Source: Bdellovibrionota bacterium (GTDB lineage Bacteria; Bdellovibrionota_C; UBA2361; JBGSMV01). Taken from it: DNA of 64,000 nt. Below, one piece after another: positions 40,540 through 52,817 of this stretch (position 1 is the first letter of the stretch; each line of letters starts with the position of its first letter). The notes beneath the pieces were generated by a model, which was not told where the DNA came from, ran no database searches, and saw only the letters and a list, made by a program, of their open reading frames with translations. The position numbers and the translations under genes were made by a program. The stretch is from assembly GCA_041739995.1 (NCBI GenBank), contig JBGSMV010000059.1, positions 32,001 to 96,000 on the forward strand. Reading direction: 5' to 3'.

Positions 40540-41574
40540 ATGACTGAGGACGGAGCAGCACAGGACCATCCAGCAGAGGAGCCCGGCTCGGCCCCGTGCC
40601 GTATCTTTCATCTCGGAGTTCCCTCGTTTCTCGCGCACTCACTAGTAGATGCTGAGTCAAAGCTCGGTCTTTCCAGCGAACTACTTGGCAATCTTAACCC
40701 GCCATTTCTTCCGGTGTTTCCCGAGCCACTGCTCAAAGGGTTAGAGCACCCAAGGAGCTCCATCCTCGTGGTGCACGGTCTATCTTCATTTTCGCCTTGG
40801 TCTGCGACAGGTTATGAGCAGGTTGGGGAATTGTTCGGGGCACTGCGCGAGCTGGGGACTCGGATAGTTTTATGGGTGCAGCCCAGCGACTTTTTGAGTT
40901 TTCGCGGACGCCCAGACGACCACGCAGAGTTTGCCGCTCAGATCCAGGCCTGCTCCGATGCTGTGGTTTCCGCACCTAGCCTTCTTAGAATCAGCGGCGC
41001 TACTAGTGCGAGCACCACAGAAAAGAGCTTACAAACCGCCATTCCTTTTGCACTGTCTCCTCAAGTGTTGAAAGCTTCCGAAGCGAAGGAGTACCAACGA
41101 GACACTTCATATCGATTTAGGGTGCTGGTGGTGCCCTTCCAGAGCTCGCCGGAGGATATTGCCTCGCTTAGGGACGCGCTAGCTTCCCTGCGTTCAGCCG
41201 AGTTGGTGGTGCGCTCCCCAGAAGATTTTCTAACCTTTGACTCTCTCGTCGAGGAAATTCGGGCTTCAGATGCAGTGGTAGATCTGGCTCACCCAGACGC
41301 CTATGGCCCGATTGGCGCCCTCGCCTTGAGTCTGGCGCGGCCGGTATTCTCAGGGAGCAGCGCCGGGTTCAAAGAGGCCTGGCCCGCTATGGAGCTTTGC
41401 CCGGTCATTCACTGTTCCGGCGCTACTGCTGCTAAAAAACTGCAGTCCTGCTTCCTTGAGCCGCGCACCTTGCGTGATTTTGGTCGGAGAGGACTCGCCT
41501 TCGCTCAGCAACATCATGACGCAAGTCGAGTGGCGCAGCTTACGCAGAGGCTCTACCAGCAGTTGATAAGCTAG
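40540..41574 (+). CDS. Hypothetical protein, degenerate glycosyltransferase (GT-B)-like
   Basis: C-terminal SDAVVD...YGPIGALALSLARPV...GRRGLAFAQQHHD...LYQQL resembles GT4-type C-termini. Confidence 0.55.
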   Translation: MTEDGAAQDHPAEEPGSAPCRIFHLGVPSFLAHSLVDAESKLGLSSELLGNLNPPFLPVFPEPLLKGLEHPRSSILVVHGLSSFSPWSATGYEQVGELFGALRELGTRIVLWVQPSDFLSFRGRPDDHAEFAAQIQACSDAVVSAPSLLRISGATSASTTEKSLQTAIPFALSPQVLKASEAKEYQRDTSYRFRVLVVPFQSSPEDIASLRDALASLRSAELVVRSPEDFLTFDSLVEEIRASDAVVDLAHPDAYGPIGALALSLARPVFSGSSAGFKEAWPAMELCPVIHCSGATAAKKLQSCFLEPRTLRDFGRRGLAFAQQHHDASRVAQLTQRLYQQLIS

Positions 41575-41621
41575 AGTTACCGTAGATTATGGATTCGCCG
41601 TCTGGACCAGGCGTGCAGGAA

Positions 41622-43988
41622 TCAACCGTCCATAAATGTTCTAAGACGCTTGCTCCTACTAGGATGTCGGAGTTTTCGAAGAGCTTTAGCTTCAATCTGT
41701 CTAATACGCTCACGAGTCACGTCGAAGTTCTGACCTACTTCCTCTAGGGTGTGATCGCTCTTCTCGCCGATCCCAAAACGCATGCGCAGCACCTTCTCTT
41801 CTCGAGGGGTGAGAGTCGCAAGAACCTTTCGAGTTTGCTCTTGCAGGTTCATGTTAACCACTGCAGTCGCAGGAGAAACGACGCGTTTGTCTTCGATAAA
41901 ATCACCAAGATGTGAATCTTCCTCTTCTCCGATTGGGGTTTCGAGGGAGATAGGCTCTTTGGCAATCTTTAAGACCTTGCGAACCTTCTCTAGCGGAATC
42001 TCCATCTTTGCGGCGATTTCTTCAGGAGTAGGTTCCTTACCAAGCTCTTGCACGAGCTGGCGTGAAGTTCTGACCAACTTGTTGATAGTCTCGATCATGT
42101 GCACAGGAATACGAATAATGCGCGCTTGATCTGCAATGGCACGAGTGATCGCTTGTCGAATCCACCAGGTGGCATAGGTCGAGAACTTGTAGCCACGTTG
42201 ATATTCGAACTTATCAACGGCCTTCATCAGACCAATGTTGCCTTCTTGAATAAGGTCCAAGAACTGCAACCCTCTGTTGGTGTACTTCTTCGCAATAGAC
42301 ACCACGAGACGTAAGTTGGCTTCAACAAGCTCTTGCTTCGCATTCTGGGCGCGAATCTCTCCGTCAAACAGTTTGTAGGCGCGCTCCTTAAACTCTGTGG
42401 CGCTCATGAGCGCCTTAAGCTCAAACTCCTCGTAGTGAGATGAAAAGGACTCTAAACGCTGAGCCAATCGGCGCGCATCATCAGCCTTCAACTTTAGGCG
42501 ACGAGATACACGCTTCAAGTCAGTCTGATCTCCTGATTGCAACTCAGGGAGCGCAGCAAGAAGCTCTTCTGCGGGTCGATTTCCGCCAAGTTCTCGTACC
42601 CGACGCATTTCTCTGAGCAAATCATCAAGACGAACCTTGAAGTCCTTAATGCACTGAGCCATTGCGTTAAACTGCTTCTGGTTCAGCTTGAGTGCTTCAA
42701 TCTTCTGAGCATTTTTCTGCAAGAGCTTGAACCACTTCTTCTCAAGATCAGCGAGGCTCTTGCTCTCCGTTTTGCGAGCTTCCTTGAGCTTTAGGTACAT
42801 GTCGCGCGTATCCTTAAGTGCGCGCTTGTAGGGGCCAGCCTTCTTGAAGAAAGCCTTCTTGGCCTCCTCTTCTTCCTTGTTGATCTGCGGCGCCTTTTCC
42901 TCTTCGACAGAAGCGTCATCATCGTCGTCGGATGTAGCCGGACGACGTTTTTCCTCCTCCTCTTCTTCCTCCTCTTCCTCACCTTCCTTGGCCTCGACCT
43001 CTTCTTCCTGGAAGAGATCTTTCAGGCGCACATCGCCGTTCTTTACACGCTCAAAGAGGTCTACCACGTAATTAAGTGCAATCGGCTGAGTAAGAACTTC
43101 GCTTTTGACTTCCAGCAGACCGGCCTCAATGCGCTTGGCGATTTCAACCTCGCCTTCGCGCGTGAGAAGTTGCACGTTGCCCATCTCGCGCAAGTACATG
43201 CGCACTGGGTCAGTGCTCTTTCCGAGAGCTGACTCGTCAGCAATCTCGTCTTGAGAAGAGCTCTCCGCCTGAGCAGGCTCAGCGGCGTCGCCAAATCCAG
43301 CGGCGCCGCGCTCGCGGATGTCGATATCATGCTCACCAAACATCGCGACCACGTCGTCTATTTGGTCTTCCGACACCAGCTCATTGGAGATCGCTTCATT
43401 AAGATCGTCCATGGTAAGGAATCCCTTTTCCTTACCAAGATCGAGAAGCCTGGTTACCTCAGTTTCTCCATCGCCGCGCTTCTCCTCGGAACCGTCGAGG
43501 CTTTCCGCTCCAGCTTCTCGCTCGAGTGCACGTTCTCGCGCGGCACTGCGCTCTTTAAGACGCTTTCTTAGGTCTTCGAGGCTGATTGCCCTTTGAGGTT
43601 TTGGTGGAGCTCCGCGATAAAGTTTTGGAGCGGCGCCATTCGCAGGCGCGGCTCGCTTCGGAGCTGTTGGGCCTGCCTTTCTGAAACGGGAACTAGATCG
43701 ACCGAAGGCCCACTTGCTTGGAGCTGGACGTGGCGGTGCGGCGACCGCAACGCTTACATCAGGCTGCGCGCTGCGTGGTGCTACCGTTTTTAACTGTGAT
43801 TTTGCCGAAGAAATTTTTAGGGCAGCGGGCGCCTTGGAAGAAGCTGGCTTCGCCGAGCTACTGCGAGCAGTATTGGCAGCAGTCTTATTGCGACCAGAAC
43901 GTGCTTTAAGTTTGCTAATGGCCGAGCTACGACCGCTCGAGGGCTTTGAGGTTTTGCGCATGGGGGTACGGGTCTTCTTGGAAGTCAC
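41622..43988 (-). CDS. rpoD: RNA polymerase primary sigma factor
   Basis: [38 protein letters not shown] and [13 protein letters not shown] motifs; long basic N-terminal extension. Confidence 0.97.
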   Translation of the reverse strand: MTSKKTRTPMRKTSKPSSGRSSAISKLKARSGRNKTAANTARSSSAKPASSKAPAALKISSAKSQLKTVAPRSAQPDVSVAVAAPPRPAPSKWAFGRSSSRFRKAGPTAPKRAAPANGAAPKLYRGAPPKPQRAISLEDLRKRLKERSAARERALEREAGAESLDGSEEKRGDGETEVTRLLDLGKEKGFLTMDDLNEAISNELVSEDQIDDVVAMFGEHDIDIRERGAAGFGDAAEPAQAESSSQDEIADESALGKSTDPVRMYLREMGNVQLLTREGEVEIAKRIEAGLLEVKSEVLTQPIALNYVVDLFERVKNGDVRLKDLFQEEEVEAKEGEEEEEEEEEEKRRPATSDDDDDASVEEEKAPQINKEEEEAKKAFFKKAGPYKRALKDTRDMYLKLKEARKTESKSLADLEKKWFKLLQKNAQKIEALKLNQKQFNAMAQCIKDFKVRLDDLLREMRRVRELGGNRPAEELLAALPELQSGDQTDLKRVSRRLKLKADDARRLAQRLESFSSHYEEFELKALMSATEFKERAYKLFDGEIRAQNAKQELVEANLRLVVSIAKKYTNRGLQFLDLIQEGNIGLMKAVDKFEYQRGYKFSTYATWWIRQAITRAIADQARIIRIPVHMIETINKLVRTSRQLVQELGKEPTPEEIAAKMEIPLEKVRKVLKIAKEPISLETPIGEEEDSHLGDFIEDKRVVSPATAVVNMNLQEQTRKVLATLTPREEKVLRMRFGIGEKSDHTLEEVGQNFDVTRERIRQIEAKALRKLRHPSRSKRLRTFMDG

Positions 43989-44253
43989 TGGATAGACTCT
44001 TCTGTAAAAAGGATGAAACTACGTGAAAGTAGCGAGTTAGCGCAAATTAATCCACCCGGGAAGCCCCTGAAACTTAATTCAACTAGCGAAAAAGTATAAA
44101 CCGAACCTCCATTGCACTGAGCGGCAGGCCTGTGTCGCTCTTCTTTAGCGAATGCTCGCTTTATGCCCGCATGTTAACCATCGAAAATGCAAGATTATCT
44201 GTTTAATTGCAGTAGGTTAAGCGACCACAAGCTGGGTCGCTGCGCAGGTACTC

Positions 44254-46155
44254 CTAGAGTTTCGTGAGGTGACGCTTCAAGGTAACTGACTGCTGAGAAA
44301 GCGACATACGCTCCTCGTCCGTGGTAGCAGCGCGTGCCAGCCGATCGAGCTCTTTCAACTGAAGATTTCCGGAAGCCTTTGCGTAGGCGCGCTTACACTC
44401 GACAAATATGTTTGAAAAATCGACCTCCTTGTCAGTCGACATCGCATATGCTTGCTTCCAGTGCTCGCGCCACGAGTCACCAAAAAGATCGAGCAAATCT
44501 TTGAGTGCTTCCTTCTTCTGATCGGGTCCAATGGACTGTTCCGCCATTATCGCACACAGTTCCTCGGCAAAGCGCAGCGTCGAGCGATTCACTTGGGTGC
44601 TAAGGTCAGGGTCGCTTAAAAGCTCTCGTGGGAGGTCTTCCTTGTGCGCCATGAGTGCAAACAGAAGCTCACGGTCCAGTCGTGGAAGTTCACTGATGGG
44701 GCTTGGAGCAGAAACAACATCGTCTCGATTCTCACTCGAAGAGCGTTCCTGCGTCTCACTACCGGACGACGCGCGAATGCTAGATGAGCGAGTAGAGGCA
44801 CTGGATTTTGCCGTTACCATCTCACGCAGAAGTGTTGAGTCCACCGATAATTTAAGAGAGGCGCGCTCTATTAACTCACTTTGCTCAATCGGATTACCTA
44901 CTTCTCTAAGAATAGGAACAAGCTCCTCACAAAGCCGGCCCTTCGAAGCTCCACCGAGCTCTGAGGCAGAAGAAGCACCTGCTTTCTCCACTTGGAGGTC
45001 TATATAACACTCTATCAGCGGTACTCTCGGCAACTCAGAAAGCTTGGCAGAAGTTTCCGCTCCATGCGCCAGAGCAAAGGTGTCCGGGTCTTGGTCAGAG
45101 GGCAGAAATGCTGCACAAACATCCAATCCAGAATTAACAAACAATGGATAGCTTTTTCCGGCGGCAGCGCGCCCCGCAGAGTCCCCATCAAAAAGCAGTG
45201 TAACTTTTCGCGTCAAATGTTTTAGCCTGCGCACGTGCTGAGTGGTAACGGCAGTACCACAGGTTGCCAGCGCTGTTCGCACCCCGACCTGCCAAAGACC
45301 CACCACATCCAAGTAGCCCTCGACTAAATAAACTTCTCGCGATTCACGAATCGCAGCGAGCGCCTGAGGGAGCCCGAAGAACACTGCTTGTTTGTGGTAC
45401 ACGGGCGTATCGGAAGAGTTCAAATACTTAGGCGCCTTGGTGAGAGTCCCCTCTTCCACCAATGAAGGGATGAGCCTGCCGCCGAAACCGGCGATGTGCT
45501 TTGAGTCAGTTGCAATCGGGAAGATTAGGCGCGCACGAAAGGTGTCGTAGAGGTCTCCTCGCTGACTACGTCGAATAAGCCCGGCTTGAAGCATGATGGG
45601 CTCAGTAATTTTCTTTTGCTTGAGAAATGAGTGCAGGGCAGAACGCTCTGGCGGAGCAAAACCAATATTAAAAGCTTTCTGTGCCTCGGCCGAGATGCGA
45701 CGCTCTTCGAGATAAGCCTGCACGCGGCCTGCCGCGATCCGAACAGATTCAGGCGCATTCTTGCTAGAACCGGCCTCCAGGCAGGAACTGAAGAACCGGG
45801 CAGCCATGCTGTTTGCGGCATACAATGCATTCTTGTCGGCACCATCGCCCTGAGGCTTTCGAACGCCCTCATAGTCGACCTTGATGCCCAGCCGTCCCGC
45901 TAATTCTTCCACCGCCTCCGGAAATCCGAGACCGCGCGCACGCATCACGAAGCTAATCGCGTTGCCTGAGACACCACATCCAAAGCAATGGTAGAAACGA
46001 TCGTCTCTTAGGTGAAAGGACGGGGACTTCTCGGCATGAAAAGGACAAAGTCCCACCACGCTGGTGCCCTGGCGCTTAAGCGAGACCCCTTCGGCGACAA
46101 TCTCATAGAGACTCGCCCTCTCAAGGATCTCGTCGATCGTCCTTTGGGCAATCAT
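44254..46155 (-). CDS. dnaG: DNA primase
   Basis: CPFH...CFGC zinc finger, KYLNS, VEGYLDV and FDGDSAG motifs. Confidence 0.97.
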   Translation of the reverse strand: MIAQRTIDEILERASLYEIVAEGVSLKRQGTSVVGLCPFHAEKSPSFHLRDDRFYHCFGCGVSGNAISFVMRARGLGFPEAVEELAGRLGIKVDYEGVRKPQGDGADKNALYAANSMAARFFSSCLEAGSSKNAPESVRIAAGRVQAYLEERRISAEAQKAFNIGFAPPERSALHSFLKQKKITEPIMLQAGLIRRSQRGDLYDTFRARLIFPIATDSKHIAGFGGRLIPSLVEEGTLTKAPKYLNSSDTPVYHKQAVFFGLPQALAAIRESREVYLVEGYLDVVGLWQVGVRTALATCGTAVTTQHVRRLKHLTRKVTLLFDGDSAGRAAAGKSYPLFVNSGLDVCAAFLPSDQDPDTFALAHGAETSAKLSELPRVPLIECYIDLQVEKAGASSASELGGASKGRLCEELVPILREVGNPIEQSELIERASLKLSVDSTLLREMVTAKSSASTRSSSIRASSGSETQERSSSENRDDVVSAPSPISELPRLDRELLFALMAHKEDLPRELLSDPDLSTQVNRSTLRFAEELCAIMAEQSIGPDQKKEALKDLLDLFGDSWREHWKQAYAMSTDKEVDFSNIFVECKRAYAKASGNLQLKELDRLARAATTDEERMSLSQQSVTLKRHLTKL

Positions 46156-46194
46156 GATTTGTCCTACTGCGGAAACATAAAAAAGGCAGGCCGA

Positions 46195-47382
46195 TCAAGC
46201 CGCCCGTCGGATGATCATCGCAATGCCTTGGCCACCCCCAATGCATAACGTCGCTAGTCCAATCTGCTTTGAGCTGCGCTGGAGACCATAAATCAGAGTG
46301 GTGAGCACTCTTGCGCCACTGGCACCAATAGGGTGCCCTAAGGCGATGGCGCCTCCGGAGACGTTGACCTTTAGAGGGTCGAGCCCAAGTTCGCGTTGAA
46401 CCACCAATGCTTGTACCGCAAAGGCCTCGTTCGCTTCGACAAGTTCAAGGTCGCCCACCGTCAGCTTGGCCGATTCACAGGCCTTTCTTGCGGCCGGGAC
46501 CGGTCCGTAGCCCATGCGCTCTGGAGCCACACCAGCGGCACTGACCGCCAAGACCTCTGCAAGCGCGGTAGCGCCAGACCGAGCGAGAGCCTCTTCGGAC
46601 ATGAGGACCAGCATGGCGGCGCCGTCGTTTATTCCCGAGGCATTCCCGGCGGTAACGGTGCCATCTTTTTGAAATGCCGGAGAAAGCTTCTTTAGGTCCG
46701 CCGTGGACGTTTGCGGTCGAATATATTCATCAGTGTCAAAGGAGCCGACTACCGCGCCACGTTTGAGTAGCGGAACTGCTGCGATTTCGTTTTTAAAATG
46801 CCCAGCTTGTTGAGCTATCCCCGCCCGACGCTGACTCTCTGCGGCGTAAGCGTCTTGTTCTTCCCGCGATATCTTGAATTCAGTGGCGAGGTTCTCCGCC
46901 GTGATGCCCATATGATATCCGTGAAAGGCGTCGGTAAGGCCATCACTGAGCATTAAATCTTTAAACTCCACTGCCCCCATTTTCTTACCCCAGCGCACAT
47001 CGCTGGAGACATGCATGGCCTGGGACATGCTCTCCACGCCGCCTGCAAGTACACACTGAGCGTCACCAGCGCGAATGCTCTGAAACCCAAGCGCAATCGC
47101 TTTGAGTCCTGATCCGCACACTTGATTGACCGTGAAGGCCGGGACCTCAGACTTGAGGCCACTGTCGAGCGCTATCTGGCGAGCGATATTCATGCCATGG
47201 CCCGCGGCGAGAACATTGCCAACAATCACCTCGTCAACGCCTGCCGTGACCTTTTCAGAAAGCCCGGAAAACGCCGCACGCGCACAAGTGCTGCCCATCG
47301 ATCGGGCGCTCACACCCACAAGCGCCCCACCGAAACTTCCGATAGCGGTGCGCTTTGCTGCAACGATGAAAACTTTCTTCAT
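46195..47382 (-). CDS. atoB: Acetyl-CoA C-acetyltransferase (thiolase)
   Basis: [21 protein letters not shown] and LCIGGGQG motifs. Confidence 0.93.
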   Translation of the reverse strand: MKKVFIVAAKRTAIGSFGGALVGVSARSMGSTCARAAFSGLSEKVTAGVDEVIVGNVLAAGHGMNIARQIALDSGLKSEVPAFTVNQVCGSGLKAIALGFQSIRAGDAQCVLAGGVESMSQAMHVSSDVRWGKKMGAVEFKDLMLSDGLTDAFHGYHMGITAENLATEFKISREEQDAYAAESQRRAGIAQQAGHFKNEIAAVPLLKRGAVVGSFDTDEYIRPQTSTADLKKLSPAFQKDGTVTAGNASGINDGAAMLVLMSEEALARSGATALAEVLAVSAAGVAPERMGYGPVPAARKACESAKLTVGDLELVEANEAFAVQALVVQRELGLDPLKVNVSGGAIALGHPIGASGARVLTTLIYGLQRSSKQIGLATLCIGGGQGIAMIIRRAA

Positions 47383-47440
47383 GCTCAATACCTCGACCTC
47401 AAACCACTTCTAGAATTATTCAGCGCAGCCACCACTCATA

Positions 47441-47950
47441 CTATGCGCCATCATCGAGCTGCTCTTCCTCTTCGGGTGTATAGTTTAGCGCGATACTGAG
47501 CACCTCGTACTCTCGAGTGCCACCTGGCAGTGAAACTTTGGCCACGTCTCCTACGACCTTTCCTATCAAGCCCTTCGCAAGAGGTGACTCAAACGAGATC
47601 ATGCCGCGCTCAACATCCGATTCGTCGCTTCCCACTAAAGTAAGAGTCTTCTCCTCACCGGAGTCTAAGTCGCTGATAGTTACCGAAAGTCCGAACACTA
47701 CTCGCGAGTGATCGGAGAGTTTTCGCGGATCAATAAGTTCTGCATTTGAGAGCTTGGTTTCCACGTCACGAATCTTAGCCTCTACCATGCCGGATTTCTC
47801 TTTGGCGGCGTCGTAATCGCCGTTCTCGGATAAATCTCCGTGACCACGTGCAATCTCAATCGCCAAAGCCAGCTCTGGACGCATAGCTTTTAACTTCTTA
47901 ATTTCGCGTCGCAACGCGTTGTACCCATTTGGGGTCATTGGTCTTTTCAT
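47441..47950 (-). CDS. greA: Transcription elongation factor GreA
   Basis: HGDLSENGDY and SFESPLAKGL motifs; carB-greA synteny. Confidence 0.95.
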   Translation of the reverse strand: MKRPMTPNGYNALRREIKKLKAMRPELALAIEIARGHGDLSENGDYDAAKEKSGMVEAKIRDVETKLSNAELIDPRKLSDHSRVVFGLSVTISDLDSGEEKTLTLVGSDESDVERGMISFESPLAKGLIGKVVGDVAKVSLPGGTREYEVLSIALNYTPEEEEQLDDGA

Positions 47951-48000
47951 ATTTCAGTTCCTGAAGAGCACCAAGCTCTTTGTTTTGGTGCCGCTGTTCT

Positions 48001-48068
48001 TGGCGCTGTTTTTCGTAGCGCTGCTTTTTGTAGCACTGATTTTCGTAGCACTGCTCTTCGTAGCACTG
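48001..48068. repeat. 15-bp minisatellite x4.5
   Basis: TAGCACTGNTNTTCG-type units at 48001, 48016, 48031, 48046 and 48061. Confidence 0.9.
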
Positions 48069-48113
48069 TGGTGCGCCAGCGCTCAATTAATCTACAACGT
48101 ATCATATCGTGCT

Positions 48114-48172
48114 TGCACGCTTAGCAATATAGTGCATGCACGCCTAGGAATATAGCGCCTGCACGCTTAGCA
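48114..48172. repeat. 23-bp minisatellite x2.6
   Basis: TGCACGCTTAGCAATATAGTGCA / TGCACGCCTAGGAATATAGCGCC / TGCACGCTTAGCA. Confidence 0.8.
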
Positions 48173-48190
48173 CCCGTCTAAAGTTCCTCT

Positions 48191-51100
48191 TTATACGGCC
48201 ATTTGGGTTTGAGTGGCGCTCGATGCTCGCTTTTGCAGAACCGGGCGCGCTTGATGACAGTCCTGCAAGCACGCAACTGAGGTCACCTCGCCACTTCGCA
48301 CTGAGGCAATTGCCTCGGTCGCCGCCAGCGCTGCGGCCATAGTGGTATACACCGGGATGCCCATCTCTGTCGCTACTAGTCTAATCGAGCGAGAATCCAG
48401 TAGAGAACCAATAGTTTTAGGACTACTGCTCTCGGGGGTGTTAATCACCCAATGCAATCTGCCTTCTCCAAGCAAGTCCACCACGTGAGGAGAGCCTTCA
48501 AGCACTTTGTTCACGACCGTAGCGGACACGCCACGCTGCTTCAAATACTGAGCGGTACCACTCGTAGCAAAGATGTTGAAGCCGAGAGAAGCGAGGCTCT
48601 TTCCCAGCTCCTCTAGCTCAGGCTTATCAACATCCGCGACACTTAAGAATACATTGCCTTCAGCGGGAAGCTTAATCGAAGCGCCCATCTGGGCCTTGGC
48701 GAAAGCACCACCGAAGGTCGAATGCATCCCCATGACTTCGCCAGTAGATTTCATTTCGGGCCCTAAAATTGTGTCGACTCCCTGGAACTTGGCGAACGGA
48801 AAGACGCAGGCCTTCACCGCGTATAGTGCAGACTCGCTCCTCAGTTGTGGAACCCAGTCAGAGAGGCCAAGGGCGCTCAACTTAACTCCAGCCATTACGC
48901 GCGCAGCGACTTTGGCCCAAGGAATGCCGGTAGCTTTTGAAACATAGGGCACAGTACGAGAAGCACGCGGATTCGCCTCGAGTATATAAACTCGATCGGT
49001 AGCCATCTTACTGTTGCCTGACCTTTCCGCCGCGACATCTGCTCGCTCCACGGCAAACTGCACGTTCATTAAGCCCACAACGCCCAAGGCTTTTGCGAGT
49101 ACCTTTGTTTGACGTACTAACTCATGCACAGTTTCGTCCGACAAAGTGGGCGGAGGAGTGCAGCATGAACTATCCCCTGAGTGAATCCCCGCGCGTTCGA
49201 TATGCTCCATCACTCCAGAAATAATGCAGTCCTGCCCATCACTGACGCAGTCGACGTCAACCTCCACCGCTTTGTGTAAGAAGCGGTCTAACAATACCGA
49301 GCGCTGCTCCGACGCTTGCAAGGTTTCTTGTATGAAGTTTGCAAGCTCCTCAGAACTATGAACTACGCGCATCGCCCTTCCGCCAAGAACAAACGAAGGT
49401 CGCAACATTAATGGATATCCCAAATCAACCCCGGCCTTTAACGCTTCCTCAAGGGTCTTTGCGGTTCGCGATTTAGGTTGCTGAAGTCCCAGCGTGTCTA
49501 CCAGGTCAGCAAAGCGCCCGCGATCTTCTGCGGCATCGATAGAATCAACTGAGGTGCCCAAAATCGGCACGCCACGACGACTAAGTTCGGCGGCAAGTTT
49601 TAGCGGAGTCTGGCCACCAAACTGTACAACCACGCCCCACGGTTTCTCTCTCTCAATAATATTAAGCACGTGTTCCAGAGTAAGCGGCTCAAAATATAGC
49701 CGGTCGCTAATGTCATAGTCAGTGGAAACAGTCTCAGGATTGCAGTTCGCCATGATGGTTTCGAAGCCATCTTCGCGAAACGCGAGCACTGCGTGAACGC
49801 AGCAGTAATCGAACTCGATTCCTTGCCCAATACGGATAGGACCAGACCCAAGAATCAAAATCTTTCGTTGCTTGGTAGGCGGAGCCTCGTCCTGACAGAT
49901 TGGAGGAGTGTTGCCAGATGCGGCCTGAACCGCAGGTTCATAGCTCGAGTATAAGTACGGAGTGTGTGCGACGAATTCGGCGGCACAGGTGTCTACGCGC
50001 TTGAATATCGGTTGGATGCCCATGTCGGCTCGATGTTGTCGAACTTTATTTTCAGAAGAATTACAAAGGTCCGCAATCCGCTTATCAGTGAAACCAAGCT
50101 CTTTAAGCGAACGGAGCGCATCAGCGTCCTTTAGAGAGAAGGTTGAACTCTTAACCTGCTCAGCAAGCTGAACTTCCACGTTTATAATCTGTTGCATGTG
50201 GGCCAGGAACCAAGGATCGATTCCGGTAACTCGCGCGACATCGTCAAGCGTCGCCCCACCCCTAAAGGCCTCAGCGACAAGCCAAATACGGTGAGACGAG
50301 GGAGTCTTGGTAAGCTCAAGCAGCTCTGAGCGTCCAAGGTCCTTTGCCAGTTCTGCGCGATCGAATCCGGCGCTTCCAAGTTCCATTGAGGCGAGTGCTT
50401 TTTGGAGCGCTTCAGGGAAATTTCGCCCGAAAGACATCACTTCACCAACTGAGCGCATCTGTGTGCCGAGCTCGTTCTTCGAGCCAGGAAACTTCTCGAA
50501 ATTAAATCGAGGCATTTTTACCACGGTATAGTCTATTGAAGGCTCAAAGCAGGCTGGAGTCTCGGCAGTAATATCATTCGGGATTTCATCTAGGGTGTAC
50601 CCCACTGCGAGCTTGGCCGCGATCTTGGCGATGGGAAACCCAGTTGCCTTTGAAGCCAGTGCAGAACTGCGCGACACTCGCGGATTCATCTCGATGACAA
50701 TTAGACGTCCGTTCTCTGGATTAATCGCAAACTGAACATTGGAACCTCCGGTATCCACACCAATGCGTCGCATTACCTTGATGGCAGCGTCGCGCACACG
50801 CTGATACTCACGGTCGGTTAGAGTCTGAATAGGTGCCACCGTGATTGAGTCGCCGGTGTGCACCCCCATGGGGTCAAAATTCTCAATGCTGCAAACCACC
50901 ACCACATTGTCTTTAAGGTCACGCATTACCTCGAGCTCTAATTCCTTCCATCCAATTAGAGACTCTTCTACAAGAACTTCGTGATTGGGGCTCAAGGACA
51001 ATGCGTAGGACACCATCTGCGTGAGCTGCGAGGGACTACGTACGATGCCTCCGCCAGAGCCACCCAAGGTGCGTGAGGGGCGAAGTATCAGAGGGTACCC

Positions 51101-51586
51101 GATGATCTCGGCGTACATAGCAGCTTCTTCCACCGTGCGGGCGAGTCCGCTTTTCGCAGATTCAAGACCAATTTCTTGCATGGCTACTCGAAATAACTCG
51201 CGGTCCTCGGCGGTGCGAATCGCGTCGAGCTTTGCACCAATAAGTTCAACACCATATCTTTCAAATATACCGAGCTCAGAACACACAATCGCGGTATTCA
51301 AAGCGGTTTGACCTCCCATGGTGGGAAGCACCGCTTCGGGACGCTCAATTTGAATGATACGCTCAACGACCTCAGGAGTGATTGGCTCAATATAGGTGCG
51401 GTCCGCAAATTCAGGGTCGGTCATTATTGTGGCGGGATTAGAATTGAGCAGGACGACCCTATAGCCCTCCTCCCTCAACGCCTTGATTGCCTGAGTGCCG
51501 GAATAGTCAAATTCACAGGCCTGTCCGATCACGATTGGACCAGAACCGATCAGCATGATCGTCTTAATGTCTGTGCGCTTTGGCAT
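48191..51586 (-). CDS. carB: Carbamoyl-phosphate synthase large subunit
   Basis: [18 protein letters not shown], duplicated ATP-grasp domains, MGS domain. Confidence 0.98.
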   Translation of the reverse strand: MPKRTDIKTIMLIGSGPIVIGQACEFDYSGTQAIKALREEGYRVVLLNSNPATIMTDPEFADRTYIEPITPEVVERIIQIERPEAVLPTMGGQTALNTAIVCSELGIFERYGVELIGAKLDAIRTAEDRELFRVAMQEIGLESAKSGLARTVEEAAMYAEIIGYPLILRPSRTLGGSGGGIVRSPSQLTQMVSYALSLSPNHEVLVEESLIGWKELELEVMRDLKDNVVVVCSIENFDPMGVHTGDSITVAPIQTLTDREYQRVRDAAIKVMRRIGVDTGGSNVQFAINPENGRLIVIEMNPRVSRSSALASKATGFPIAKIAAKLAVGYTLDEIPNDITAETPACFEPSIDYTVVKMPRFNFEKFPGSKNELGTQMRSVGEVMSFGRNFPEALQKALASMELGSAGFDRAELAKDLGRSELLELTKTPSSHRIWLVAEAFRGGATLDDVARVTGIDPWFLAHMQQIINVEVQLAEQVKSSTFSLKDADALRSLKELGFTDKRIADLCNSSENKVRQHRADMGIQPIFKRVDTCAAEFVAHTPYLYSSYEPAVQAASGNTPPICQDEAPPTKQRKILILGSGPIRIGQGIEFDYCCVHAVLAFREDGFETIMANCNPETVSTDYDISDRLYFEPLTLEHVLNIIEREKPWGVVVQFGGQTPLKLAAELSRRGVPILGTSVDSIDAAEDRGRFADLVDTLGLQQPKSRTAKTLEEALKAGVDLGYPLMLRPSFVLGGRAMRVVHSSEELANFIQETLQASEQRSVLLDRFLHKAVEVDVDCVSDGQDCIISGVMEHIERAGIHSGDSSCCTPPPTLSDETVHELVRQTKVLAKALGVVGLMNVQFAVERADVAAERSGNSKMATDRVYILEANPRASRTVPYVSKATGIPWAKVAARVMAGVKLSALGLSDWVPQLRSESALYAVKACVFPFAKFQGVDTILGPEMKSTGEVMGMHSTFGGAFAKAQMGASIKLPAEGNVFLSVADVDKPELEELGKSLASLGFNIFATSGTAQYLKQRGVSATVVNKVLEGSPHVVDLLGEGRLHWVINTPESSSPKTIGSLLDSRSIRLVATEMGIPVYTTMAAALAATEAIASVRSGEVTSVACLQDCHQARPVLQKRASSATQTQMAV

Positions 51587-51635
51587 TGGCGTCCCCTTTT
51601 CTTCTCTTACTCTAAACCCTAATTGCCGTTCCTAA

Positions 51636-52817
51636 TTATACCACACCGGCGACACGTTCATAAAAGCGCCGAAACAGGTAGCGCGAGTCGTGAGGCCCTG
51701 GCGAAGCCTCAGGATGGTGCTGTACACAAAAGATCTTTCCGTCTTCTGACTCAAGGCCCTCGACGGTTTGATCGTTAAGATTCAAGTGCGAGACCGCGCT
51801 GCCACTTTCAAGTCCCTCAGGTGAAACCGCGAAGCCATGATTCTGTACCGTAATCTCTACCGCCCGGGTGCGAAGATCCATCACGGGATGGTTTCCGCCA
51901 CGGTGGCCAAACTTCAATTTAAAAGTCTTGGCACCAAAGGCTTGAGCAACGATCTGATGACCAAGGCAAATACCAAAAATCGGCAGTCGACCACGCAGGT
52001 CCTTTACCACCTGAACTAAGTAACCCAGCGTCGCTGGATCTCCCGGACCATTGGATAGAAAAAGCCCCTCGGGCCTAAGTGCAAGAATCTCGGCAGAAGA
52101 AATAGTGCTTGGCACCACAGTCACTCTAAAGCCGTTACCGGTCAACAAACGAAGAATGCTGCGCTTAATGCCACAGTCTATGGCAATAACGTGGGGGCGA
52201 GACGCAAGCTCTTGGTCATCAATTCTTGCAAAACCCGTCCCGGTTCTCTGCAAATGCTCTAGAGACCACGGAAGTTCGTGCCAAGTATAGGGTTTTTTGC
52301 AGCTAACTTCTTTGACCAAGTCGCGCCCCTGCATAGAGCCATGGGCTCGTGCGCGAGAAATAAGATCGTCGGAAGAAACCTCGGTGCCACTTGCCATAGC
52401 GCCCATCTGAGCTCCGTGGTCCCTTAAATGCGAGACCAAAGCGCGAGTGTCGATACGCGCGAGCCCCATTACTCCGCGCTGCGCAAGATAGTCATGCAAA
52501 GACTGCGATGCTCGAAAGTTACTAAACTGAGGACTAAGTTCTCGTACAATCATTCCAGTGGCATGAACGCGATCGCTCTCGTCGTCTTCAGAATTGCATC
52601 CCACGTTTCCGATTAGTGGATAGGTAAAGCAGACCATTTGCCCGCAGTAACTTGGGTCAGTCAAAATCTCTTGGTACCCAAACATCGAGGTATTGAAGAC
52701 CAACTCGCCAATGGCAGGAGATGAGGCTTCGAGTGCTGTGCCGAAACACACACCCTTGAACACAGTGCCGTCGGCGAGTGCCAGGGTTGCGGGAAGATGT
52801 TCTGGACCGAAGCTCAT
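51636..52817 (-). CDS. carA: Carbamoyl-phosphate synthase small subunit
   Basis: GYQEILTDPSY, SNGPGDP, GICLGHQ and HPEASPGPHD motifs. Confidence 0.98.
   Translation of the reverse strand: MSFGPEHLPATLALADGTVFKGVCFGTALEASSPAIGELVFNTSMFGYQEILTDPSYCGQMVCFTYPLIGNVGCNSEDDESDRVHATGMIVRELSPQFSNFRASQSLHDYLAQRGVMGLARIDTRALVSHLRDHGAQMGAMASGTEVSSDDLISRARAHGSMQGRDLVKEVSCKKPYTWHELPWSLEHLQRTGTGFARIDDQELASRPHVIAIDCGIKRSILRLLTGNGFRVTVVPSTISSAEILALRPEGLFLSNGPGDPATLGYLVQVVKDLRGRLPIFGICLGHQIVAQAFGAKTFKLKFGHRGGNHPVMDLRTRAVEITVQNHGFAVSPEGLESGSAVSHLNLNDQTVEGLESEDGKIFCVQHHPEASPGPHDSRYLFRRFYERVAGVV

Noticed and set aside
47898..48155. ORFs 47919-48155 (+) and 47898-48086 (-) with repetitive peptides
   Set aside because: Both are by-products of the 15-bp minisatellite and overlap greA.
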